From IMG/VR virus record IMGVR_UViG_3300035103_000041, positions 1-34,598 of that record: 34,598 nt of DNA. One strand, given 5' to 3'. This DNA is from a virus. Taxonomy: Duplodnaviria > Caudoviricetes. Both the position numbers and the translations under genes were made by a program. The notes under the pieces were generated by a model, which had not been told where the DNA came from, searched no databases, and saw only the letters and a program-made list of their open reading frames with translations. Below, one piece after another: positions 1-6,606 of this stretch; the first letter of the stretch is position 1, and each line of letters opens with the position of its first letter.

Positions 1-145
1 AACCAGTCATTTAAGCTGTAGGAGTAAATTAAATAGTCTACAATTTATCAAGATGATTATACTATCAGGCTTTAAGGTTAGCCTGCAAATATAACCTAAT
101 TTAAATATACTAGGATTTATTATAAATTAAATAGGGGGAAAAGGT

Positions 146-766
146 ATGAAATCGAGAAAAGAGATAAAGACAGAAGCAAAAGGTATACTGAGTGCAAACT
201 ACGGACCTATTCTAGGCGAATTTTTACTATGCGGCATCTTGACCGGACTATCCGAAGCAGTGGTTGTAGGGCCAATAGTTGTCGGAGGGCCCTTGTATGT
301 AGGTTTCTATGAAGGCATAAGGATGCTTTGGCAGGGCAAGAAAAAAGACAGGATGTTTACTGGATTCGACTCGGATAAATTCGGACGCTCGATAGTTGGA
401 ACACTGCTTGTAGCTATATTCACATTTTTATGGACGCTCCTTTTTATCGTCCCCGGGATAATTAAGGCATTGGCTTACAGCATGACGCAGTTTATTATTT
501 CTGATTCTAATGGCATTACCGGAAGTCAGGCGCTGGAGATTTCCAAAAAAATCACCAAAGGCTACAAAGGCAAACTTTTCGTATTTTTCTTAAGCTACAT
601 AGGATGGCTGCTGCTATCCGGAATCACCGCAGGTATACTTGCTATATTTTATGTCGGGCCGTATATGTCAACGGCATTAGGCGGATACTATCTCGAGCTT
701 AAAAACAAAGCTTTGGAAGACGGGGTCGTAACAATGGCGGATTTTGGCTATAGCGAAGAAGAATAG
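146..766 (+). CDS. Host integral membrane protein, DUF975-like
   Basis: 206-aa ORF with SD GGGGG, several hydrophobic segments and the motif 'FLWTLLFIVPGIIKALAYSM...ALEISKKITKGYKGKLF' typical of DUF975 proteins. Confidence 0.8.
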   Translation: MKSRKEIKTEAKGILSANYGPILGEFLLCGILTGLSEAVVVGPIVVGGPLYVGFYEGIRMLWQGKKKDRMFTGFDSDKFGRSIVGTLLVAIFTFLWTLLFIVPGIIKALAYSMTQFIISDSNGITGSQALEISKKITKGYKGKLFVFFLSYIGWLLLSGITAGILAIFYVGPYMSTALGGYYLELKNKALEDGVVTMADFGYSEEE

Positions 767-788
767 GTTTAATCAATATAATATGTGC

Positions 789-822
789 AAAGAATTTCCT
801 GCGATGCGGGGGATTCTTTTTT
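789..822 (+). terminator. Intrinsic terminator of the DUF975-like gene
   Basis: AAAGAATTTCCTGC-GAT-GCGGGGGATTCTTT hairpin followed by a T run. Confidence 0.7.
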
Positions 823-861
823 ATGTGCGGGAAAGAAGATGTATTTATGTTTATTTTAACC

Positions 862-890
862 TTGATTTTATTATCCCAAACCAGTATAAT
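862..890 (+). promoter_or_regulatory. SigA-type promoter for tRNA-Pro
   Basis: TTGATT (862-867), 17-bp spacer, TATAAT (885-890), just upstream of the tRNA. Confidence 0.75.
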
Positions 891-908
891 AGTCTAGCAA
901 TTGAATAA

Positions 909-984
909 CTGGGTGTGGCGCAGTTGGTAGCGTGCTTGACTGGGGGTCAAGAGGCCGGAGGTTCAAGTCCTCTCACTCAGACCA
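909..984 (+). tRNA. tRNA-Pro(GGG), intact; presumed attL-side integration target
   Basis: Acceptor CTGGGTG/CACTCAG+ACCA; anticodon arm CTTGA-CTGGGGG-TCAAG; T loop TTCAAGT. Confidence 0.95.
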
Positions 985-987
985 AAG

Positions 988-1023
988 AAAACCCTCTGAA
1001 CAGTGATGTTCGGAGGGTTTTTT
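988..1023. terminator. Bidirectional terminator between tRNA-Pro and the convergent integrase
   Basis: AAAACCCTCTGAACA-GTGA-TGTTCGGAGGGTTTT, with A and T runs on either side. Confidence 0.75.
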
Positions 1024-1042
1024 ATTTTGCCCCAAAATATAT

Positions 1043-1064
1043 TTGTAAGCCACTTGTTAGCCAC
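1043..1064. repeat. Tandem 11-bp direct repeat, candidate integrase arm-type binding sites
   Basis: TTGTAAGCCAC / TTGTTAGCCAC adjacent to the integrase stop, the position expected for att arm sites. Confidence 0.5.
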
Positions 1065-2091
1065 CGATATCTATTTTGTTTATTTCGTCATGTAAAAATT
1101 CATACTCTGCATGGCCGTATGTGGTGACGCTGAAAGCAAAATCTTTATGCCCCATCGTCTTTAATATGGCTGTATCATTGCATCCGGAGTTTATCATAAG
1201 TGATTCTAAGGTGTGGCGACACTTGTGAGGCGTGAGCTTGCGCACTCCCGCGGCTTTTAGTGCATCGTAGTAGAAAGCCTTGCGGAAGTTATCGGCAGTG
1301 TATGCGCCGCCGTCAGGCTTGCACAGCAGCGTTTCACCGTTTAGCGATACAAAGTACTCCAGATATTTGCGGATTGCTTTATGCACAGGGACAGGCCTAT
1401 TAATGCCTGCCTCTGTTTTGCTGCCGCCGCGGATTATCTGATTTTCTATATCATAGTTAAAGCGTGTGAGCTGCAACGCGGCCGATACCCTGAAACCAAG
1501 AAATATCATTATTAGGATTATTTTTGTGACATGATCGGAGTCGTGTTTTATAAGCTTTTGTATCTCAAGGCGTGTAAAGTTTTCTTTTTCGGCTTTGGTT
1601 TCCGTCGGCAGCTCTATAAAATCAGCATAGTTTTTATTGCATATATCCATTTGCATTGCATAGCTATAGAGCATGCTCACAAGCGTGCGCACCTTTTGCA
1701 AGCTCGAATGGCTTAATTCCAGTCCGTCTATTATGGCCTGATAATGGGCCGTCCGCAGGTCGTTGAATTTTTTATTTTGCAGTGGTGAAAGTTTTAAATA
1801 TGCGGCTTTATAATTGTCCGCTGTGGCGGGCGTTATCTTCTTATACTTGGCGGCGCTCCACTCATCGTACAGCTCTTTGAGCTTGATATTAGGCCGCTCT
1901 GTAGGCGCTATATCATACAGCGTGAGCTCTTGGAGTGCTTCCTTCTTAGTGGCATGGGTAGTGACGCGACGGCGGCGTTTGCCGTCCTTGTCGTAGCCCA
2001 GCGTGATAGATGCCGCCCACGGTTTGCGGCGGCGCCCGGATAGTTTATAGACGCTACCTGCATTGTTGGGGCGTTTCATTGGTTTTGTCAT
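1057..2091 (-). CDS. int: Phage tyrosine integrase
   Basis: 344 aa; N-terminal arm-binding-like 'GSVYKLSGRRRKPW'; catalytic R (GFRVS), K (GSKT), HxxR (HKCRH), H (MGH), Y (TTYGH). Confidence 0.95.
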   Translation of the reverse strand: MTKPMKRPNNAGSVYKLSGRRRKPWAASITLGYDKDGKRRRRVTTHATKKEALQELTLYDIAPTERPNIKLKELYDEWSAAKYKKITPATADNYKAAYLKLSPLQNKKFNDLRTAHYQAIIDGLELSHSSLQKVRTLVSMLYSYAMQMDICNKNYADFIELPTETKAEKENFTRLEIQKLIKHDSDHVTKIILIMIFLGFRVSAALQLTRFNYDIENQIIRGGSKTEAGINRPVPVHKAIRKYLEYFVSLNGETLLCKPDGGAYTADNFRKAFYYDALKAAGVRKLTPHKCRHTLESLMINSGCNDTAILKTMGHKDFAFSVTTYGHAEYEFLHDEINKIDIGG

Positions 2092-2125
2092 GATATACTT
2101 TTTTATTGCTATGATAGTTTAAAGG

Positions 2126-2269
2126 CTAAAGCAGCCCACATTCCACTAATATCAGAATGATTATTACGGGACCGACCATGATGAGCCACAGACCTATATT
2201 ATGCTCGAACCACAAAAGTTTTGCCACTTCTTTTAAGCTCTCCCAAAATCCCTGCATTACTTCTTTCAT
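2126..2269 (-). CDS. Possible 47-aa single-TM membrane peptide
   Basis: ATG 5 nt after the stop of the upstream ORF; hydrophobic C-terminus IGLWLIMVGPVIIILILV; no clear SD. Confidence 0.3.
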   Translation of the reverse strand: MKEVMQGFWESLKEVAKLLWFEHNIGLWLIMVGPVIIILILVECGLL

Positions 2270-2274
2270 TGCGC

Positions 2275-2511
2275 TTATACAGCCCAGTGATATCCGCAGC
2301 CCTGGCATACTGCCTCGGAGTGTGTCTTGCTTTGTATTTTCTTACTGCCGAAAAGTTTAAAGAGAAGGGCTGGCAAAGTAAGGAACAGCCATTTGAAGGG
2401 AACCCACCAAAAGCCGATAAATATCCACCACAAAAAGCCATGATGTTTGTTTTTAATTGTTGTCACTGCTTGGATGCTTACGTTTTCGCTTCCGCATTTT
2501 TTACATGTCAT
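2275..2511 (-). CDS. Small zinc-ribbon membrane protein of the lysogeny module
   Basis: CKKC and CQGC pairs flank a Trp/Phe-rich hydrophobic segment; SD GAGGT. Confidence 0.7.
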   Translation of the reverse strand: MTCKKCGSENVSIQAVTTIKNKHHGFLWWIFIGFWWVPFKWLFLTLPALLFKLFGSKKIQSKTHSEAVCQGCGYHWAV

Positions 2512-2535
2512 GATAGTACCTCTTATTATTATTTA

Positions 2536-3477
2536 TTAATCCGTCACCATATCGTAAAAAACGTTTTCCGATATGATAATTAAATCCTGACCTTTTAAAA
2601 TATATTCCTGTGCTTTCTTTTGCTTACTGCTCATGCCACCTTTTATAAGTGGGTTATAATCATTATTGCCCAATACTAAAATATTAGTGCTTTTATTAAC
2701 TCCATTTTGGCAGAGTGCACCGAGGTTCGCGGCGAGCTGCGCGGCTTCTTTTCTTAGCATGCGTTCAAGAACACCAGTAAAAACTATGTTTTGTCCGTAC
2801 AGAGGATGGCTCATATCGAAATCATCAGTGTCGGCGGATATTTCGCGCAGGTCTGCGGCTTTGGAGCGGTATGCAGATGTTGTTTTTTGAAAAACTTCGG
2901 ATAAGTCTAAATTATTACTTATTACATAGCCATTCATATAGTCCAGCAGGTCTTTTGTATACTGGCAGTCCGCGACAGCTCTATGCTGGGTTCGCTCCGG
3001 AAGATTGAATTCATTTATAAGAGACTTCATGCTATGTGAATGCAGGTCTTTAAAAAGCCAGCGGCTTAGTCTAAGCGTACATACAAAATCATTTGAAAGC
3101 GGCAGGTCTAATTGCTTCATCATATTATCATATAGAAAATTTATATCGAAGTTTACATTATGACCGACGATTATTTCGCCGTAGGTAAAATCCATAAAAA
3201 AGGGAATGACTTCACTTATAACAGGTGCGTTTTTCAACTCAAGATTTGTGATGCCTGTAAGCTCTGATATAAAGTCGTCTATAAGTCTTTGAGGATTTAC
3301 CAAAGAGCTGAACTGCTCTGTGATTTTATTATCACGGACTTTTATTGCCCCTATTTCTATTATAGAGTCATATCTTGGGTCTAGCCCGGTTGTTTCAATA
3401 TCGACTAATGTGTAATCTGTGGGGAATTTTAATAAGCTTTTTCCTTTAAGCGGACGTTTGTCTGATTTTGGCATCAT
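2536..3477 (-). CDS. DEDDh 3'-5' exonuclease (DnaQ/epsilon-like) fused to a C-terminal BRCT domain
   Basis: ExoI VDIETTG, ExoII GHNVNFD, ExoIII HRAVAD; BRCT-like 'GQNIVFTGVL..RKEA...LGA....V.KSTNILVLG...SSKQKKA'; SD AGGAGG. Confidence 0.9.
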   Translation of the reverse strand: MMPKSDKRPLKGKSLLKFPTDYTLVDIETTGLDPRYDSIIEIGAIKVRDNKITEQFSSLVNPQRLIDDFISELTGITNLELKNAPVISEVIPFFMDFTYGEIIVGHNVNFDINFLYDNMMKQLDLPLSNDFVCTLRLSRWLFKDLHSHSMKSLINEFNLPERTQHRAVADCQYTKDLLDYMNGYVISNNLDLSEVFQKTTSAYRSKAADLREISADTDDFDMSHPLYGQNIVFTGVLERMLRKEAAQLAANLGALCQNGVNKSTNILVLGNNDYNPLIKGGMSSKQKKAQEYILKGQDLIIISENVFYDMVTD

Positions 3478-3578
3478 TTAACCTCCTGTATATATAAGGA
3501 TATTATATAAAACACTAGTGACTTTTTCCAGTGTTTTACTACAAAAACAAATTATAAATTATAAAATGTACCAAAATA

Positions 3579-3592
3579 AGAACATACGTTTG
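3579..3592. promoter_or_regulatory. Candidate LexA/DinR (SOS) box
   Basis: AGAAC-ATAC-GTTTG fits the Firmicutes GAAC-N4-GTTY consensus; lies between the divergent exonuclease gene and the 39-aa ORF. Confidence 0.65.
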
Positions 3593-3625
3593 CGTAAAAT
3601 GATAATACGAAGTGAGGAAATTGAT

Positions 3626-3745
3626 ATGAAAGATAAAATAATTGAACTTTTAGGTGAATTATCAGATGAAGAATTAGAAAAAATCAATTGCATTATTACG
3701 GGTATAATTATGTCTCATGATCTAAATCAGAAACAATCTTCTTAA
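3626..3745 (+). CDS. 39-aa acidic helical peptide, putative SOS-controlled antirepressor
   Basis: SD GAGGA then ATG 3626; MKDKIIELLGELSDEELEKINCIITGIIMSHDLNQKQSS; overlaps the repressor 3' end convergently by 38 nt. Confidence 0.6.
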   Translation: MKDKIIELLGELSDEELEKINCIITGIIMSHDLNQKQSS

Positions 3746-4076
3746 AAAACTCCATAAATTTTTTTCTATCATCATCGGGCAATAATAGAAAGTTCCTTAT
3801 TACTATCTCGGTTTCTGCGTCCATAGAATTGGATTTATAGCCGAGAAGTGTAAATAAATCAGTAGGCTTTCTAAACATTTCGCCTCTGCCATCACGCAGC
3901 CATTCTTCATTTACGTTAAATTCGTGACACAAAAGCATAATGCTAGCGTCCGACATATTATTTATACCTTTTTCAATTTTAGATACTGCGCTTTTTTTCA
4001 TGCCTATTTTTTTGCCAAACTCTTCTTGACTTAAATGCAGAATCTTTCTGAGGGAATTTATTCTTTCGTTTATCAT
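3708..4076 (-). CDS. CI-like XRE-family HTH repressor (122 aa, no S24 autoprotease domain)
   Basis: HTH_3 motif 'RINSLRKILHLSQEEFGKKIGMKKSAVSKIEKG...FNVNEEWLRDGRGEMF'; SD GAGG favours the ATG at 4076. Confidence 0.9.
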   Translation of the reverse strand: MINERINSLRKILHLSQEEFGKKIGMKKSAVSKIEKGINNMSDASIMLLCHEFNVNEEWLRDGRGEMFRKPTDLFTLLGYKSNSMDAETEIVIRNFLLLPDDDRKKFMEFFKKIVSDLDHET

Positions 4077-4105
4077 ATGTGCCTCTTTCATGAATTTTCA
4101 ATATT

Positions 4106-4133
4106 ATTATAACACAAATGTATATTAAATCAA
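4106..4133 (-). promoter_or_regulatory. Leftward (repressor) promoter
   Basis: Minus strand TTGATT, 16-bp spacer, extended -10 TG-T-TATAAT; overlapped by the inverted repeat AATGT-N11-ACATT (4117-4137), a candidate operator. Confidence 0.65.
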
Positions 4134-4141
4134 CATTTTCA

Positions 4142-4170
4142 TTGACAAAGTGTATTATATATATTATTAT
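4142..4170 (+). promoter_or_regulatory. Rightward early lytic promoter
   Basis: TTGACA (4142-4147), 17-bp spacer, TATTAT (4165-4170), back to back with the repressor promoter. Confidence 0.75.
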
Positions 4171-4212
4171 GTGTATGTAAGAAACAAAAGTGACCGTGAA
4201 AGGAACTAAATT

Positions 4213-4356
4213 ATGCCTGATAAGAATGATGAAAAAAAAGATTCTGAATTTATAAATCAAATGTTTAAAAAACTTTCTCGCGAAAAGAAAGAGCGCGTAC
4301 GCGGCTATCTTGAGGGCATAGCAGCCCACAGCGAGCAGAACAACAAATCAGCTTAA
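4213..4356 (+). CDS. 47-aa peptide in the Cro position, no HTH; resembles the repressor C-terminal helix
   Basis: Not in the ORF track; SD AAAGGA; MPDKNDEKKDSEFINQMFKKLSREKKERVRGYLEGIAAHSEQNNKSA. Confidence 0.7.
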   Translation: MPDKNDEKKDSEFINQMFKKLSREKKERVRGYLEGIAAHSEQNNKSA

Positions 4357-4383
4357 TCATATAGACATATAAAGGAATACATC

Positions 4384-4617
4384 ATGACACAATCACAGCA
4401 TATCAATCATATAAAAATAAGACCCGAAGAGGCAGGCAAAATAATAGGGGAGTCCGCGCAGTGGGTGCGCGTAGCCATGCAGCAGGGCAGGCTTCCTATA
4501 GGCGCATGCATATACCGTAAGCGGTATTCATACAATATACAGATTAATCTTCTCGCGCAGTATCTTGGCATCACGACTGAGGAATGCGCGAGAAGATTGA
4601 AGGAGGTAGCGGGATGA
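4384..4617 (+). CDS. Excisionase-like/MerR-type HTH DNA-binding protein
   Basis: 'IRPEEAGKIIGESAQWVRVAMQQGRLPIG...YNI' pattern; SD AAAGGA. Confidence 0.65.
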   Translation: MTQSQHINHIKIRPEEAGKIIGESAQWVRVAMQQGRLPIGACIYRKRYSYNIQINLLAQYLGITTEECARRLKEVAG

Positions 4618-4988
4618 AAATGCCAAAAATACCTATAAGCATTGGCATAGATGAAGTGGCACAAGACCTCAGCGACAAATTAAATAAATTATCTGATGAC
4701 TTTAAACTCATAGCCAGCGAAGCCGTAAAAAAGTATTCGGAAACAACCCTGAAAGCTGTGAGACGTGTGCAACATAGTATTTCACTTATGGAGCTCATGA
4801 ACACCCTCAATATAAGCGACGATGACCTCACGAGCGGCGAGCCCATACATATGCAGATAAGCCCCGAGGAGCTTTCGGCAATCGGCGAGCTGTACAAGCT
4901 TAGCGGTATCGATAAACTCACAGTGACCGCAGTACTGCGGCTGGGCGAGCCCGAAGTGATAGTGACAGGAGAGGAGCAGGAGCGATGA
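4614..4988 (+). CDS. Phage hypothetical protein
   Basis: SD AGGAGG; ATGA overlap with the upstream stop. Confidence 0.65.
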   Translation: MKMPKIPISIGIDEVAQDLSDKLNKLSDDFKLIASEAVKKYSETTLKAVRRVQHSISLMELMNTLNISDDDLTSGEPIHMQISPEELSAIGELYKLSGIDKLTVTAVLRLGEPEVIVTGEEQER

Positions 4989-5170
4989 AAACATGTCCGC
5001 ACTGCGGCGCCAATCTTGACCCGGGGGAAAGATGCGACTGCATAGAAGCAAAGATAGCCGACGGGCGAGTGATAGCCGGGCTGGATGTAGCCGAAGGCGA
5101 TGGAGATTATACAGCCTATTACGACTACGACACAATGGAGTGGAAAAGGATTAAGAATGAAAGGAGGTAA
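4985..5170 (+). CDS. Small zinc-ribbon protein
   Basis: CPHCGANLDPGERCDC; ATGA-coupled; SD AGGAG. Confidence 0.7.
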   Translation: MKTCPHCGANLDPGERCDCIEAKIADGRVIAGLDVAEGDGDYTAYYDYDTMEWKRIKNERR

Positions 5171-5176
5171 ATTGCA

Positions 5177-5377
5177 ATGGGTGAAAACGTTACACCGAAA
5201 ATGGTAGATGATGCCCGGAGGGCACATGACAAGGCATATTATGAGGCGGAAATGAAAGTGTCGCAAGCGAGGGACAAGTTAACAGATGCGGCAATGAAAG
5301 TTTTGAAAGACAGTGAGTCGTATTCGCCACCTGCGCGCGCAGAGATAATTGAGAGTCTATCGTCAATTGTTAAATAA
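5177..5377 (+). CDS. Phage hypothetical protein
   Basis: SD AAGGAGGT; 66 aa. Confidence 0.7.
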   Translation: MGENVTPKMVDDARRAHDKAYYEAEMKVSQARDKLTDAAMKVLKDSESYSPPARAEIIESLSSIVK

Positions 5378-5415
5378 CATTAGCCACACCCGCGGGCTAT
5401 ATCGCGGGATTATAT

Positions 5416-5584
5416 GGGAGAGTGGCGCAGTGGCAGACGCGGTTAAGAGTGCATTAGCTATCTGTAACATGGTGAGTGCAACAGAGCTGTGTGTCCGGTG
5501 AGCGTTACAGGCAATAGATGCATCCGGTTAAAGGTCAAAAAGACGTAATACACATCACAGGTTCGAATCCTGTCTCTCCCACCG
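5416..5584 (+). ncRNA. tRNA-like RNA with a 115-nt insert in place of the anticodon/variable arms
   Basis: Acceptor GGGAGAG/CTCTCCC+ACCG; D arm GCG-CAGTGGCAGA-CGC; T arm ACAGG-TTCGAAT-CCTGT; insert 5442-5556. Confidence 0.75.
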
Positions 5585-5676
5585 AACGTCCAAAGAAAAA
5601 CGACGATACCTACAAAACCGCCGGTAGCGCAACTGGCAGGGGCAGAGTGGTTAGAGGTTTGACTGCCCCGTTATCT

Positions 5677-5753
5677 GGGAATATAGCTCAGCAGGTCAGA
5701 GCACTTGCCTGATACGCAAGGTGTCCGTGGTTCAAGTCCATGTGTTCCCACCA
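5677..5753 (+). tRNA. Phage-encoded tRNA-Ile(GAT)
   Basis: Acceptor GGGAATA/TGTTCCC+ACCA; D stem GCTC/GAGC; anticodon arm CTTGC-CTGATAC-GCAAG; T arm CGTGG-TTCAAGT-CCATG. Confidence 0.9.
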
Positions 5754-6010
5754 AAGGGCTGGATCCTTAATGCAGCTTTCAGCAGCCCTAATCAAAAAAA
5801 AGTAAGCTGTAGGCGGCTCGGGTAGACGAGTAGGTATTCTTAAGAGATTTGTTGAACCTTGCAATGGCAAAACAAGCTAAAAAGCTCTCCATTGGGGCTA
5901 TGGGTTAAGAGCTCCAGCAGCCCGACAGGGCTCATAAGTTTTTTTTCTTTCATAATGCCCCTCCTCTTAACACAGGCGGAGGAGGGGAACTTTTTAAAAA
6001 GGAGTACACC

Positions 6011-6250
6011 ATGCCAAAACCTATACAAGCAACAATATTCGGGGAGCAGGATATACCCGAGGAGCACCGCGAGGATATGACGGGCTGGGATACGCCGGAG
6101 CAGGCCATGCGATGGCTGCATGACTGGGGTGTGGAGTTTTACCAGGTGGTGGATCTAAACCGCGGCGGCGAGGTTGTGGCAGGTACAATGTGGCCGCAGC
6201 TGTGGTCGGGGTTGATGAGACGCAAGAATCGAGCCGAAAGGGGCGCGTGA
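6011..6250 (+). CDS. Phage hypothetical protein
   Basis: SD AAGGAG; 79 aa. Confidence 0.7.
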   Translation: MPKPIQATIFGEQDIPEEHREDMTGWDTPEQAMRWLHDWGVEFYQVVDLNRGGEVVAGTMWPQLWSGLMRRKNRAERGA

Positions 6251-6252
6251 CA

Positions 6253-6606
6253 ATGATTAATATTACAAAGTATATACCGCACGGCAAAGCAAATGCCATT
6301 TCTAAAGCGGGTATTATCGCCGCCGCTGCGAGGGACGGTGTGAAGCTTGAAGCGAGGACAGTGCGCAAAAGAATATCTGAGGCGCGTATGTCCGGGCAGG
6401 TAATAGTATCAACGTCTGACGCGCGAGGTTACTTTATACCGCTGCCGGAAGAGACCGAGGCAGTACAGCATTATATCAATGAGTCTATAAGCCGCGCCAA
6501 TGTTATTTTGCAGACCACGGCGTCCGCTAAGCAATGGCTTGTGAGCGTACGAGGTCAACAGTCCATGACATTCGATGATAACGGACAGGGAAAGATAGCA
6601 CTTTAA
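6253..6606 (+). CDS. Winged-helix-like DNA-binding protein
   Basis: 'IPHGKANAISK...ARTVRKRISEAR.SG.VIVS....GYFIP' pattern; ATG 6253 follows the upstream stop. Confidence 0.6.
   Translation: MINITKYIPHGKANAISKAGIIAAAARDGVKLEARTVRKRISEARMSGQVIVSTSDARGYFIPLPEETEAVQHYINESISRANVILQTTASAKQWLVSVRGQQSMTFDDNGQGKIAL

Noticed and set aside
960-970. GGTTCAAGTCC, shared with 34326-34336, as the att core
   Set aside because: Generic T-loop sequence also present in tRNA-Ile; the flanks on both sides belong to different, self-consistent tRNAs
998-1011. GAAC...GTTC as a second SOS box
   Set aside because: Spacer is 6 nt rather than 4, and the symmetry is explained by the terminator stem
915-1127. 70-aa ORF on the + strand
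   Set aside because: Runs through tRNA-Pro, its terminator and the integrase end; a shadow ORF
5416-5584. Interpretation as tmRNA or as a group I intron-containing tRNA
   Set aside because: No G3-U70 alanine identity pair, a true D stem is present, and no tag ORF is evident; the insert is too short and I could not find a group I core
5518-6121. ORFs 5518-5712, 5688-5870, 5840-6121 and 5859-6080
   Set aside because: They overlap tRNA or structured RNA elements, lack SDs and have no protein-like features
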